In this document: positions 1 through 10,994 of the stretch, piece by piece | Position numbering within the stretch: the stretch's first letter is position 1 | Layout: each line of letters begins with the position of its first letter | Source of the DNA: Mustelus asterias | Taxonomy: Eukaryota | DNA length: 64,000 nt | Assembly: GCF_964213995.1 (NCBI RefSeq) | Contig: NC_135808.1 | Span: forward strand, 20,522,001-20,586,000 | Direction: 5' to 3' | Notes under the pieces: generated by a model | Told to the model about the DNA's origin: nothing | The model's database searches: none | The model's input: the letters and a program-made list of their open reading frames with translations, nothing else | Made by a program: the position numbers and the translations under genes

Positions 1-215
1 TCTGTCCGATTGCTCCCTACTTGGTCCAATGACCCGGCCTCTGTATTCTGGTGTACTGTTAGAAAGCTCACTTCCACCTTGACTGCCCCTGTACCACATG
101 TAGACACCGACTCCACATAACCCTTCCTGCGTGCAGTACAGCACCGCTGTCTCCCCCTCGGTTACATTGAGGGATATCGGGGTTTGAATAACTGCGACCT
201 TCTCAGCACTCGCTG
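1..215 (-). CDS. NCR3: Gene A, second Ig V exon (NCR3/NKp30-like VJ domain), truncated by the window edge
   Basis: Acceptor cttacag at 217-216, phase 1. Translation (A)ASAEKVAVIQTPISLNVTEGETAVLYCTQEGLCGVGVYMWYRGSQGGSELSNSTPEYRGRVIGPSREQSDR. Close paralog of 2170-2508. The symbol denotes family membership, not proven orthology. Confidence 0.8.
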
Positions 216-579
216 CTGTAAGAGAGTAAAATGTTTCACATTGAAGCCAGAAACCCACGCTGCGTTCAGAGGTGTTTGCAAACCCGCTCCTAAATTAAGC
301 ATTGGAATCCCAACGACACAATCCTCAGGAGCGCCTGTCTAAACTCTTCCCTTCTGCAGACATTGGACGACGAAAATGAAATGCTAACTTCTCCATTAGA
401 ATAAAGGAGCAGGACATTTCATTCAGCATTTTACCTTTTGAAGTAAAGAAGTCAAATTCATGATTATTTTACTGAGGTCTGAGGATTCAGGAAACTGAGT
501 TGATTTCATAGAATCATATAGTGGGACAGGAGGCGGCCATTCGGCCCATCGAGTCTGTACCGACCACAAAGAAAAAAGA

Positions 580-1360
580 ACAAAGAAAATTACATCACAG
601 GAACAGACCCTTCGGCTCTTCAAGCCTGCACAGACCACACTGCCTGAACTAAAAGCCCCTACCCTTCCAGGGACCATATCCCTCTATTCCCATCCTATTC
701 ACGTATTTGTCCAGATGTCCCTGTAAACTCACTATCGTATCTGCTTCCACTACCTCCCTCGGCAGCGAGATCCAGGCACCCACCACCCTCTGTTTAAAAA
801 ACATGCCTCGTATATCTCCTTTAAACCTTGCCCCTCGCACCTTAAACCTATGCCCCCTCATAATTGACTCTCCCACCCTGGAAAAAAGCTTCTGACTATC
901 CACTCTGTCCATGCCCCTCATAATCTTGTAGGCTTCTATCAGGTCGCCTCTCAACCTCCGTCATTCCAGTGAGAACAAACCAAGTTTCTCCAACCTCTCC
1001 TCATAGTTAATGCCCTCCATACCAGGCAACATCCTGGTAAATCTTTTCTGTACCCTCTGCAAAGCCTCCACATCTTTCTGGTGGTATGCCGACCAGAATT
1101 GAACACTATATTCCAAGTGCGGCCTAACTAAAGCTCTATAAACCTGCAACATGACTTGCCAATTTTTAAACTCAATGCCCCAGCCGATGAAGGCAAGCAT
1201 GCCATATGTCTTCTTGACTACCTTCTCCACCTGTGTTGCCACTTTCAGTGACCTGTGTACCTGTAGATCCAGATCCCTCTGCCTATCAATACTCTTAAGG
1301 ATTCTGCCATTTACTGTGTATTTCCTATCTGTATTAGACCTTCCAAAACGCATTACCTCA
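580..1360 (-). mobile_element. CR1 LINE 3' fragment
   Basis: ORFs with LVRPHLEYSVQFWS, RVQKRFTRMLPG and RGDLIEAYKIM, plus a CR1-type 3' UTR. Confidence 0.9.
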
Positions 1361-1584
1361 CAGGCCCTATTCCCGTAACCCCACACTTTTACCCTGTCAA
1401 TCCCCTTGATATTTGTGTCAATTTAGCATAGCCAATCAACTTATCGTGCACGTCTTTGGACTGTGGGAGGAAACCGGCGCACCTGGGGAAAACCCACACA
1501 GACACGGGGAGAATGTGCAAACTCCACAGAGGCAGTGACCCGAGGCCAGAATTCAACTTGCGTTCCTGGTGCTATGGAACTCAG

Positions 1585-1768
1585 TCGAGGAGGAGGGGGA
1601 GGAGACGGGAGAAGAGGAGAGGGAGGGGGAAGAGGAGAGGGAGGGGGGGGGAGAGGAGAGGGAGGAGGGGGAGGGGGTGGGGAAGGGTGGCGCGGAGGGG
1701 GAGGGTGGGGGTACGGGGTAGGGGAGGGAGGAACGGGGTAGGGAGAATAGGAGGGGGGAGGGGAGAGT
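1585..1768. repeat. Polypurine (G/A-rich) low-complexity tract
   Basis: About 180 nt of almost only G and A, with many G3-G8 runs. Confidence 0.9.
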
Positions 1769-2169
1769 CCCATGGAATTGTATACAGTTCTTAGCAAGTT
1801 TAATAGATTCAGTGCTGAGGGGTTGCTTGCCCCGTGTGGGGAGCATTGAACCCAGTCACTGGATTTGCACTTCAGGTAACAGTTCAGCTTTGATCTTGTT
1901 TTTGTGGACTCGAAGGACCTGAGAGTCGAATCCTATACCCGTTCCTGTGCTGCCCCAGTGGACATATTTGCACGAATTGAACCATTACAAAGACAGATGT
2001 TGCCAGGCTCTGAGAAGTTAGATGTTCCTTCAATGTCTGCCAATAACCTTGAAGTCTATATCACTATCTTTGCTCTATCTGTTCTGAAGATTACAGCAGG
2101 TAATATGCAAAGCTACTTCACCATGTTGGCTAATTAGTTTCTTAACATAGGAGCGATTAAGAGGCTTAC

Positions 2170-2508
2170 CTGTCACAATCAGTTTTGTTCCTGACCCATA
2201 ATATTCACCCGCGATTATACATCCCACTTTGCAATAATAGGTCGCCGCATCGCTGAATCTTACATTTGTTAACTGAATCGAAGAGATCGTCTTTCCGTCC
2301 GATTCCTCCCTACTTGGTCCAATGACCCGGCCTGCGTATTCTGGTGTACTGTTAGAAAGCTCACTTCCACCTTTACTGTCCCTGTACCACATGAAGACAC
2401 CGACTCCACGTAATCCTTCGAGCGTGCAATATAGCACCGCTATCTCCCCCTCGGTTACATTAAAGGACACCGGGCTTTGAACAATTGTGATCTTCTCAGC
2501 ACTCGCTG
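2170..2508 (-). CDS. NCR3: Gene A, first Ig V exon (NCR3/NKp30-like VJ domain)
   Basis: 339-nt phase 1-1 exon with acceptor ttacag (2510-2509) and donor G|gtaagc. It has the B-strand Cys (LYC), WY, DAATYYC and a J-like YGSGTKLIV. ELSNSTPEYAGRV resembles the NKp30 segment EVRNGTPEFRGRL. Confidence 0.85.
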
Positions 2509-2683
2509 CTGTAAGAGAGTAAAATGTTTCACAATGAAGCCAGAAACCCACGCTGCATTCAGAGGTGTTTGCAAACCCGCTCCTAAATTAAACTTTGGAA
2601 TCCCAACGACACAATCCTCAGGAGCGCCTGTCTAAACTCTTCCCTTCTGCAGAAATTGGCCGACGAAAATGAACTGCTAACTT

Positions 2684-3032
2684 CATAGAAATCATAGAAA
2701 CCCTACAGTGCAGGAAGAGGCCATTCGGCCCATCGAGTCTGCACAGACCACAATCCCACCCAGGCCCTACCCCCATATCCCTACATATTTTTACACGCTA
2801 ATCCCTCTAATCTACAAACCTCAGGACACTGAGGGGCAATTTTACAACGGCCAATCAACCTAACCCGCACATCTTTGGACTGTGGGAGGAAACCGGAGCA
2901 CCCGGAGGAAACCCACACAGACACGAGGAGAATGTGCAAACTCCACACAGGCAGTGACCTGAGCCGGGAATCGAACCCAGGTCCCTGGAGCTGTGAAGCA
3001 GCAGTGCTAACCACTGTGCTACCGTGCCGCCC
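2684..3032 (-). mobile_element. HE1-type V-SINE (tRNA-derived head, V domain, CR1-like tail). Representative of roughly 30 full or partial copies in the window.
   Basis: Head gggcggcacggtagcacagtggttagc with A/B boxes, core gggtttcctccgggtgctccggtttcctcccacagtccaaaga, tail ending ttctatga. Further copies near 3.2, 14.5, 20.0, 23.3, 26.9, 40.7, 41.4, 43.4, 44.4, 46.4, 52.0, 53.4, 53.9, 55.6, 56.2, 58.2, 61.9 and 63.6 kb. Confidence 0.9.
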
Positions 3033-4134
3033 ACCTTCTCAATTAGAATAGCAGAACAAGAAATTTCATTTAGAATTTTACTTTTTGAAGTAAAGAAGTG
3101 AAATTCGTGATTATTTTGCTGAGGTTTGAGGATTCAAGCAATTAAGCTGATTTCATAGAATCATATAGATAGGACAGAAGGAGGCCATTCGGCCCATCGA
3201 GTCTGCACGGACCACAATCTCACCCTGACCCCATTCCCGGAACCCCATAGTTTTACCGTACTAACTCCCCTAACTCGAGGGGCAATTTAGCATGGCCAAC
3301 CAACCTAACCCAAACATCTTTGGACTATGGGAGGAAACCGGAGCACCCGGAGGAAACCCATGCAGGCATTGGGAGAACGTGAAAGCTCCACAGACAGTGA
3401 CCCGAGCCTGGAATTGAACCCTGGTGCTGTGAGACAGCAGTGCTAACAGAAAAAGTGCTGGAAAATCTCAGCAGGTCTGGCAGTATCTGAAAGGAGAGAA
3501 AAGAGCTGACGGTTCGAGTCCAGATGACCCTTTGTCAAAGCTGGGACGTGGGTTCGATTCTGCCAGACCTGCTGAGACTTTCTCTTTTGGTTTTGGATTC
3601 CAGCATCCGCAGTAATTTGCTTTTGTACAGTCAAAATATATTTTGGTGATTATCAAATTGCATTAAATATTGTATAACGAATTCAAGAAGAAGCTAAACA
3701 CCATGCAATCCTTCTGCAGTAAAATCGATTGCCATCCAAGTGATAATCTATTTGAAGCTGCAGCAATTAACGTGTCTTTTAGAATTATTTGGAGAAATCA
3801 CAGGGGTAAAAGCTGTTCAAATGGATATCCACTGCACCGCTGTTGTCCATGGATTCTCATGAAGTTAATGATGTCAAGTGCACGCCTTTAACAGGAAAAA
3901 ACAAAGTGCAAGCCTCCAAAATATAATTCTTAAACTGTTCAGTCACAAAGTTAAAGGACTGTACTAAGTGTACCACAGCTATAATTCGTCCATTTTATTC
4001 TATTTTTACTAAGATATTATAAAGTTTTCTCTCAACTTTAGCTATCATAGGGATAAATTTAAATCTCAACAGCCCAGACAAGGCCATATCGGATATGCTA
4101 CCCGTGTACAACACCCGGTATTTTATTTTCCATT

Positions 4135-4870
4135 TAGGGCCGGTCAAGGACAGTAGTGGGAACTTGTGTATGGTGTCAGTAGAAATAGGTGAGGTGATGA
4201 ATGAATACTTTTCTTCAGTGTTCACCAAGGAGAGGGGCCATGTTTTTGAGGAAGAGAAGGTGTTACAGGCTAATAGGCTGGAGGAAAGAGATGTTCGGAG
4301 GGAGGATGTCCTGGCAGTTTTGAATAAACTGAAGGTCGATAAGTCCCCTGGGCCTGATGAAATATATCCTAGGATTCTTTGGGAGGCAAGGGATGAGATT
4401 GCAGAACCTTTAGCTTTGATCTTTGGGTCCTCACTGTCCACGGAGATGGTGCCAGAGGACTGGAGAATGGCGAATGTTGTTCCCTCTGTTTAAGAAAGGG
4501 AATATAAATGACCCTTGTAATTATAGACCGGTTAGTCTTACTTCGGTGGTTGGTAAATTGATGGAAAAGGTCCTTAGGGATGGGATTTACGACCATTTAG
4601 AAAGATGCGAATTAATCTGGGATAGTCAGCACGGATTCATGAAGGGCAAGTCGTGCCTCACAAATTTGATTGAATTTTCTGAGGAGGTCACTAAGCGTGT
4701 TGATGAAGGTAGGGCAGTTGATGTCATGTACATGGATTTTAGTAAGGCGTTTGATAAGGTCCCCCATTGCCGGCTTATGATGAAAGTGAGGAGGTGTGGG
4801 ATAGAGGGACAGTTGGCCGATTGGATAGGTAACTGGCTGTCTGATCGAAGACAGAGGGTGGTGGTGGATG
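4135..4870 (+). mobile_element. CR1 LINE ORF2 (reverse transcriptase) internal fragment, frameshifted
   Basis: KSPGPDEIYPRIL, NYRPVSLTSVVGK, SQHGF..GKSCLTNL, YMDFSKAFDKV. Confidence 0.9.
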
Positions 4871-4984
4871 GCCCGACATCACCCATTTACTTGACTGCCA
4901 AAGGTTAGCAAGGCATTATTATTTCCTCGCATGGTTCCAGCACAATGTGCTCAGTGCATCAAATAGGCATAGTGTGATCACGAG

Positions 4985-5790
4985 TGTTGATGTTGACAGA
5001 ATACAGTAATGAGATAGAGAATCTGGTGAACTGGAGCGACAACAATAATCTCTCCCTCAATATCAACAAAATGGAGATTGTCATCGACTTCAGGAAGTGT
5101 AATGGAGAACATGCCCCTGTCTACATCAACGGGGGTGAAGTAGAAATGGTCCAGAGCTTCAAGTTTTTAGGTTCCAGATCGCCAACAACCTGTCCTTGTC
5201 CCCTCATGCCGACACTATAGCTAAGAAAGGCACCAATGTCTCAACTTTCTCAGAAGAATAAGGAAATTTGAAATGTCAGCTAGGACTCTCACCAACTTAC
5301 AGATGCATCATTGAAAGCATTCTTTCTGGGTGTTTCACAGATTGGTATGGCTCTTGCTCTGCCCAAGATCAGAAAGAACTATAAAACGTTGTGAATGTAG
5401 CCCAATCCGTCACGCAAAGCAGCCTCCCATCCACTGACTCTGTCTACATTTCCCGCTGCCTCGGCAAAGCAGCCAGCATAATTAAGGATTCCACACACCC
5501 TGGACGTTCTCTCTCCCACCTTCCGTTGGGAAAAAGTTGGAAGCGAAAATCTGAAGTCACATACCAACCGACTCAAAAACAGCACTTTCCTGCTGCCATC
5601 AGACTTTTCAATGGACCTACTTTGCATTTAGTTGATCTTTCCCTACACCCTAGCTATGACTATGACACTACATTCTGCATTCTCTCATTTCCTTCCATAT
5701 GAACGGTATGCTTTATCTGTGTAGTGCGCAAGAAACAATACTTTTCATTGTATACTCATACATGTGACAATAATAAATCAAATCAAAAGA
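4985..5790 (+). mobile_element. Rex1/Babar-like LINE 3' fragment (a second 3' end lies at ~59720-60065)
   Basis: NNLSLNINK..IVIDFRK..APVYING..VQSFKFLG. The 3' end catgtgacaataataaatcaaatc is shared by both copies. Confidence 0.65.
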
Positions 5791-6224
5791 CTATGTTTCT
5801 GACAAATTGCATGCCATTGTATTTAATCCAGTATTTAATCTGGTATGGTCTGCCTACACCACATGGACTGTAACAGTTCAAGGAGGCCCCTCACTGCCAC
5901 CTTCTGAAGGACAATTAGGGACTGGCAATGGATGTTCACAGATCGCCAGTATTGGTAATAAAAAGTACAGTATTCAACTTTGTGGCAGGAATCTACTGGT
6001 TGTCTATCACTGCACAAGATTAGTACATTAATTTGGGGAGACGGCAGTGAAGTGGTCATGCCACTAGTCTAGTAATCCAGACTAATATCTGGGCACGTGG
6101 ATTCAAATCAAATCAGGAATTGAAAACTAATCTCAGTAACGGTGACTGTCAAATTATCGTTGACTGTCTTAGCGAAGGGAATCTGCCACCCATACCTGGT
6201 CTGTGAATTAAGGTAAGTACTTAC

Positions 6225-6267
6225 CCAAGAGAAGAATCAGGATACAAAGCTCAAGGTTGGAACTCAT
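6225..6267 (-). CDS. Gene A leader (signal peptide) exon, MSSNLELCILILLL
   Basis: ATG at 6267, hydrophobic core, and a phase-1 donor G|gtaagt that joins the V exon in frame (…LLL-AASA-EK). A tandem acceptor acagcag lies just upstream (6277-6273), implying a non-coding first exon. Confidence 0.8.
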
Positions 6268-7786
6268 GCTAGCTGCTGTGTAAATGTAGTTGAATTATTG
6301 ATCACTTATTCGTGTGACTGATGGGAGAAGACCAAAATTCGTTTTTATAAACGTATGCCAATCAAAATGACAGGATGTGATGCAATGTTCTTATTTATTC
6401 ATGGGATGTGGTTGTCGCTGGTTGGGCCATCATTTATTACCCATCCCTATTTAAGAGTCAAGCTCATGGCTGTGGCTCTGGAGTCACATGTAGGCCAGAC
6501 AAGATTTCCTTCCCTAAAAGACATTAGTGAACCAGTTGGGTTTTTCTGACAATTGACAATGGTTTCATGGTCATCAATAGACTATTAATTCTCGATTTTT
6601 ATTCTATCAAATTTCACCATCTGCAGTGGTGGGATTTGAACCCTGATCTACAGAACATTACTCTAGGTCCCTGGTTTACTATGCCAGCCACAATACCAGT
6701 ATGCCACTACCTATACTAAGGTAGAATATCAGATGTTTTTCTCTCTCTCTTTCCGGGCACAACAAATGTTCAGACATTCTTCGGAAAATACTGGAAAATC
6801 TCAGCAGGTTTGGCAGCATCTGTGGGGAGAGAATAGAGTCAATGTTTTGAGTCTGGATAACCCTTCGGCAGAGCAGATGAAGGGTCATCTAGGATCGAAA
6901 CGTTGGCTCTATTCTCTCCCCACAGATGCTGTCAGACCTGCTGAGATTTTCCAGCATTTTCTGTTTTTGTTTCAGATTCCAGCATCCGCAGTATTTGGCT
7001 TTTATCTTAGTTCAGATATTCTTAGTGTTCCTGCAGCTTTGAGCATGTCAAGTCCTCATACTGGCCGGCTTCTGAATTACAGATTCAAAGAAACTCAGAT
7101 AAGGACATACATACCATTTGGGACAGCAGCGAAATTGCAGGAGCGCAGAGCTTCGTGTGTTGACAATTGCTTTATCCAAATAGCTGCAATGAATCAAACA
7201 GACAAAAGAGTTTTGGATGAAGGGACTTGGGAAAACTTTCTTTCTCCCAAATTAGTACAATGAAATTGTGCCCGTCAATATTTCCCAAGAATCAGGAGAA
7301 CGTGTCAAATGCTGGTAATCTAGAACAAGGAATAGAAAAAAACATGTTGCATGTTATCCAGGTAATTGGGCTCTATGTGAGTGAACATCAGATTGTGCAT
7401 CGTTCTGTTCTAAAAGTTTCACCTGCCAGGTGGTACAAAACAGGGGAAAGCCAATTGCTTCCCCATAATGCACAACATTCGGTGTTTCCCTTTCTGTTCA
7501 AATCACTGGAAGGGAAATTCTGCTTTTAAATTGTGCTTTAAATCACCCCAAAATTAAAATTAGTCCCAGAGTCATTCCCGTCTGATACATGATACCGATC
7601 ATCGGTGCACGGATTGATTGATGGAATAGGCTTGATGGGCTGAATGGCTTCCCTTTGCTCCCATGCCCCACTATCAGGACCTCCTCGTTCAATTTCATGT
7701 TCGCTACCACTGCCTTGTTTGGATGTTGATTCTCAGGTTTCAACTCAACCATGAGACTCAGTGTTGATGCTGGCAAATGATGATGT

Positions 7787-8400
7787 AAGAAGTTTAACAA
7801 CACCAGGTTAAAGTCCAACAGGTTTATTTGGTAGCAAAAGCCACTCAAGCTTTCGAGGCTCTGAGCCCCTTCTTCAGGTGAGTGGGAATTCTGTTCACAA
7901 ACAGAACTTATAAAGACACAGACTCAATTTACATGAATAATGGTTGGAATGCGAATACTTACAACTAATCCAGTCTTTAAGAAACAAAACAATGGGAGTG
8001 GAGAGAGCATCAAGACAGGCTAAAAAGATGTGTATTGTCTCCAGACAAGACAGCCAGTGAAACTCTGCAGGTCCACGCAACTGTGGGAGTTACAAATAGT
8101 GTGACATAAACCCAATATCCCGGTTGAGGCCGTCCTTGTGTGTGCGGAACTTGGCTATCAGTTTCTGCTCAGCGACTCTGCGCTGTCGTGTGTCGCGAAG
8201 GCCGCCTTGGAGAACGCTTACCCGAATATCAGAGGCCGAATGCCCGTGACCGCTGAAGTGCTCCCCAACAGGAAGAGAACAGGCTTGCCTGGTGATTGTC
8301 GAGCGGTGTTCATTCATCCGTTGTCGCAGCGTCTGCATAGTTTCCCCAATGTACCATGCCTCGGGACATCCTTTCTTGCAGCGTATCAGGTAGACAACGT
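7787..8400 (-). mobile_element. Penelope-like element 3' fragment (GIY-YIG endonuclease C-terminus and terminal repeat), with a 16-bp flanking direct repeat
   Basis: YIGETMQTLRQRMNEH..PVGEHF..AEQKLIAKF..GLNRD. tggcaaatgatgatgt occurs at both 7771-7786 and 8401-8416. Confidence 0.85.
7841..7885 (-). ncRNA. Minimal type I hammerhead ribozyme motif in the Penelope terminal repeat
   Basis: ccactcac-CTGAAGA-aggggctcagagcctc-GAAA-gctt-gagtgg: conserved core, pairable helix II and helix I, palindromic AAGCTT helix III. Confidence 0.6.
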
Positions 8401-10164
8401 TGGCAAATGATGATGTGACAGGTCTGGCAGTGTAGAAGCCCAGGCTAATGCTCTAATTACTGGAGAAAGGCATAACACGTGTTGAGACAGATAAAATTCG
8501 GACAGTTCTGGACAGACTGTCAGCAGGGGTGCGGTTTCTCTGTTTGGTGGGGGGTCAAGACAAGGGGCCACAGTCTTAGGATACAGGGTAGTCCACTTCA
8601 GGTTGAGATGCGGAGAAATTTCTTCACTTAGAGAGTGTGAACATAAATTCTCTACCGGAGATATCTGTGTAGCCCAATTCATTCAAGATAGTTTACAAGG
8701 AAATGAATAGATTTCTGGACTCAAAGGGCGTCAAGGGCTATGGGAAGAGAGCAGCAATATGGTGTTAATATAGAGGATCGGCCATGATAGCACGAAATTG
8801 CGAAATAGGCTAGGAAGGCCAAGTGGCCTACCGCTGCTCCTAGTTTTGATGTTTAAGTTTAAGTTTATTCATTAGTGTCACAAGTAGGCTTACATTAACA
8901 CTGCAAGCGACTGTGAAAATCCCCTGGTCACCACATTCCGGCATCTGTTCCGGTACACTGAATGAGAATTTAGCATGGCCAATTCGCCTAACCAGCACGT
9001 CTTTTGGACTGGGGTGGGAGGAAACCGGAGCACCCGGAGGAAACCCACATTGACACGGGGAGAATGTGCAGACTCTGCACAGGCAGTGGCCTAAGCCGAG
9101 ATTCGAACCCGTGTCCCTGGCGCTGTGAGGCAGCAGTGCTAGCCACTGTGCCACCGTACCGCTGTGAGGCAGCAGTGCTAATCTCTGTGCCACTGTGCCA
9201 CCATGCCGCCCCATGTTTCAATTACAACCACCATGAAATTTGAGTTAAATGAATTAATAAAAATGTGATTAAAGGCTACTCTCCGCAATGGTGATCGTAA
9301 AAGTTAAAAAGTAAAGTATATTTAATAGTCACAATTAAGGCTTACATACTTACACTGCAATGAAGTTACTGTGAAATTCCTCTCGTCGGCACATTCCCGC
9401 GCCTGTTCGGGTCAATGTACCTAACCAGCACCTCTTTTAGACTGTGGGAGGAAACCGGAGCACCCGGAAAAAACACATGGAGACACGGGCAGAACATGTA
9501 GACTCCGCACAGACAGTGACACAAGCCGGGAATCAAACCCGGGTCCCTGGCACTGTGAGGCAGCAATGTTAACTGCTGTGCCACCGTGCAACCTGGACCC
9601 AGTAACCGGAGAGGAGACAGTCGCACCAAGTCCAGTTGAGTTTGCAAAGTCCTCCATAGTAGCAGCTATCCAAAATTCACAGAGCTCTCCCATGGATTAA
9701 TGAAGCAACGACGTAACATAGTCAGGCACCGTGACTAATTCAAAAAATAAAATGTTCTAATTTCTCCAACACAATTTCTGCTCATGTCCCAGAGGTGGTG
9801 TCATGGTCTTATTCTGCGAGAACTGTGTTACCTTGCCTGTTCCCATCAAGCGGATATCGATTAGTTGGCTCAATGTTCCCAGTCTTGCTGCTTTTGTTTT
9901 TCTTCAGGGATCTGCCGACTGTTCTATTTTCCTTGAATTATTTGTTAAGCTTTAAAACAAACTGATGCTCCGAATTATTTTTTAAGCTTTAAAACAAACT
10001 GATGCTCCAGGCGGCAGTGCGCAGCCGCAGGCTCCAGCAGCAAAGCCACATTCAGTTGCAAACTAAATTTATAAATGCTTCTTCAAGGACGTGCAACGCA
10101 CCGTGGCTTCAGTGACACCGACACCAGCGATCTATCTTCGGGACATACGATACGTGTCACCTAC

Positions 10165-10308
10165 CGCTAAAACCATCTTGCAAGTTAAACACAAATAGGG
10201 AAAACTAAACGTCCTTGCGCATGAAGATGGTTTTTTTGCAGTAGTTCTCTTTATTTTAGTTAACTAGGCCGACCACACTTCCTGCGGTTAGCTGAAGGAA
10301 TTTGCAAG
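10165..10308. promoter_or_regulatory. Candidate bidirectional promoter and non-coding first exons of genes A and B, with a RUNX-ETS-RUNX composite at 10271-10289
   Basis: gaccacacttcctgcggtt contains ACCACA, ACTTCCTG and TGCGGTT. Outward-facing donors: AAG|gtgagg (+, 10308/9) and GCG|gtaggt (-, 10165/4), with an alternative AAG|gtaaca at 9832/1. The surrounding island (~9.7-10.9 kb) is repeat-free and relatively CpG-rich. Confidence 0.5.
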
Positions 10309-10994
10309 GTGAGGAATTACCAGTTATTTCAACCTCTGAAGTTTGGTTGCGAGAGATCAGGAACTATTTTCAATTAATTCGGGTTTTGCGAGGATTGGGA
10401 GTGTCCAATTTATTCCGTCGCAAGAGAGATCCCAGACAAGCAAGCCACCGATTCCATCCAGTCTCATTCAAAACGGTTCAGTTCGGAGCAAGAACACTGA
10501 GCTGCCCCTACTAAAGGGCCAAAGTCTTGCCGTATCCCGTCACAAGTATCCCACCGGCATTCTTAACAACTGGTCTGTGTAAATTACTTTCTGAAAAATC
10601 GCGATTACATATTGGAAAGTGAACGCCATTTGAAACACTTCCCCGGATAAGTAACCAGACTTCATAACTTAACATACAAATACCACCCCCTCCAACCCCC
10701 GCCCGCCACCACCCAATTGCAAGTGTCCAAAAACATTCTACATGAGAACGACTCTTCTGGCAAGAACAATTCTTAATTCTATTACAACTTCTGTTATCCA
10801 GTAAAATTGACAACATATTATTTCGTTTGTAATTTAATGTAAGATAAGCTCTGGTTCTGTATCACGCAAGGTGTCCGGTTTTCCTTTGGTCACTGAATCC
10901 TCTGTCTGCTTAATCGCCTGGTCGAAGAATTTATTCCTGGCTTCAAGGGATGCCATCCCCTCAGTTTTAGCCAGGCAGTTTACAAGTCAGGATG

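Noticed and set aside
1441-1846. Pro-, Gly- and Arg-rich ORFs
   Set aside because: Artefacts of the polypurine tract plus an adjoining SINE.
9946-10008. 26-bp direct repeat taagctttaaaacaaactgatgctcc
   Set aside because: A simple local duplication with no recognisable motif or element between the copies.
10165-10222. Leader-like minus-strand frame MRKDV*FSLFVFNLQDGFS with a phase-1 donor
   Set aside because: It has an in-frame TAG, and a better leader exists at 6225-6267. Treated as a possible non-coding first exon or uORF.
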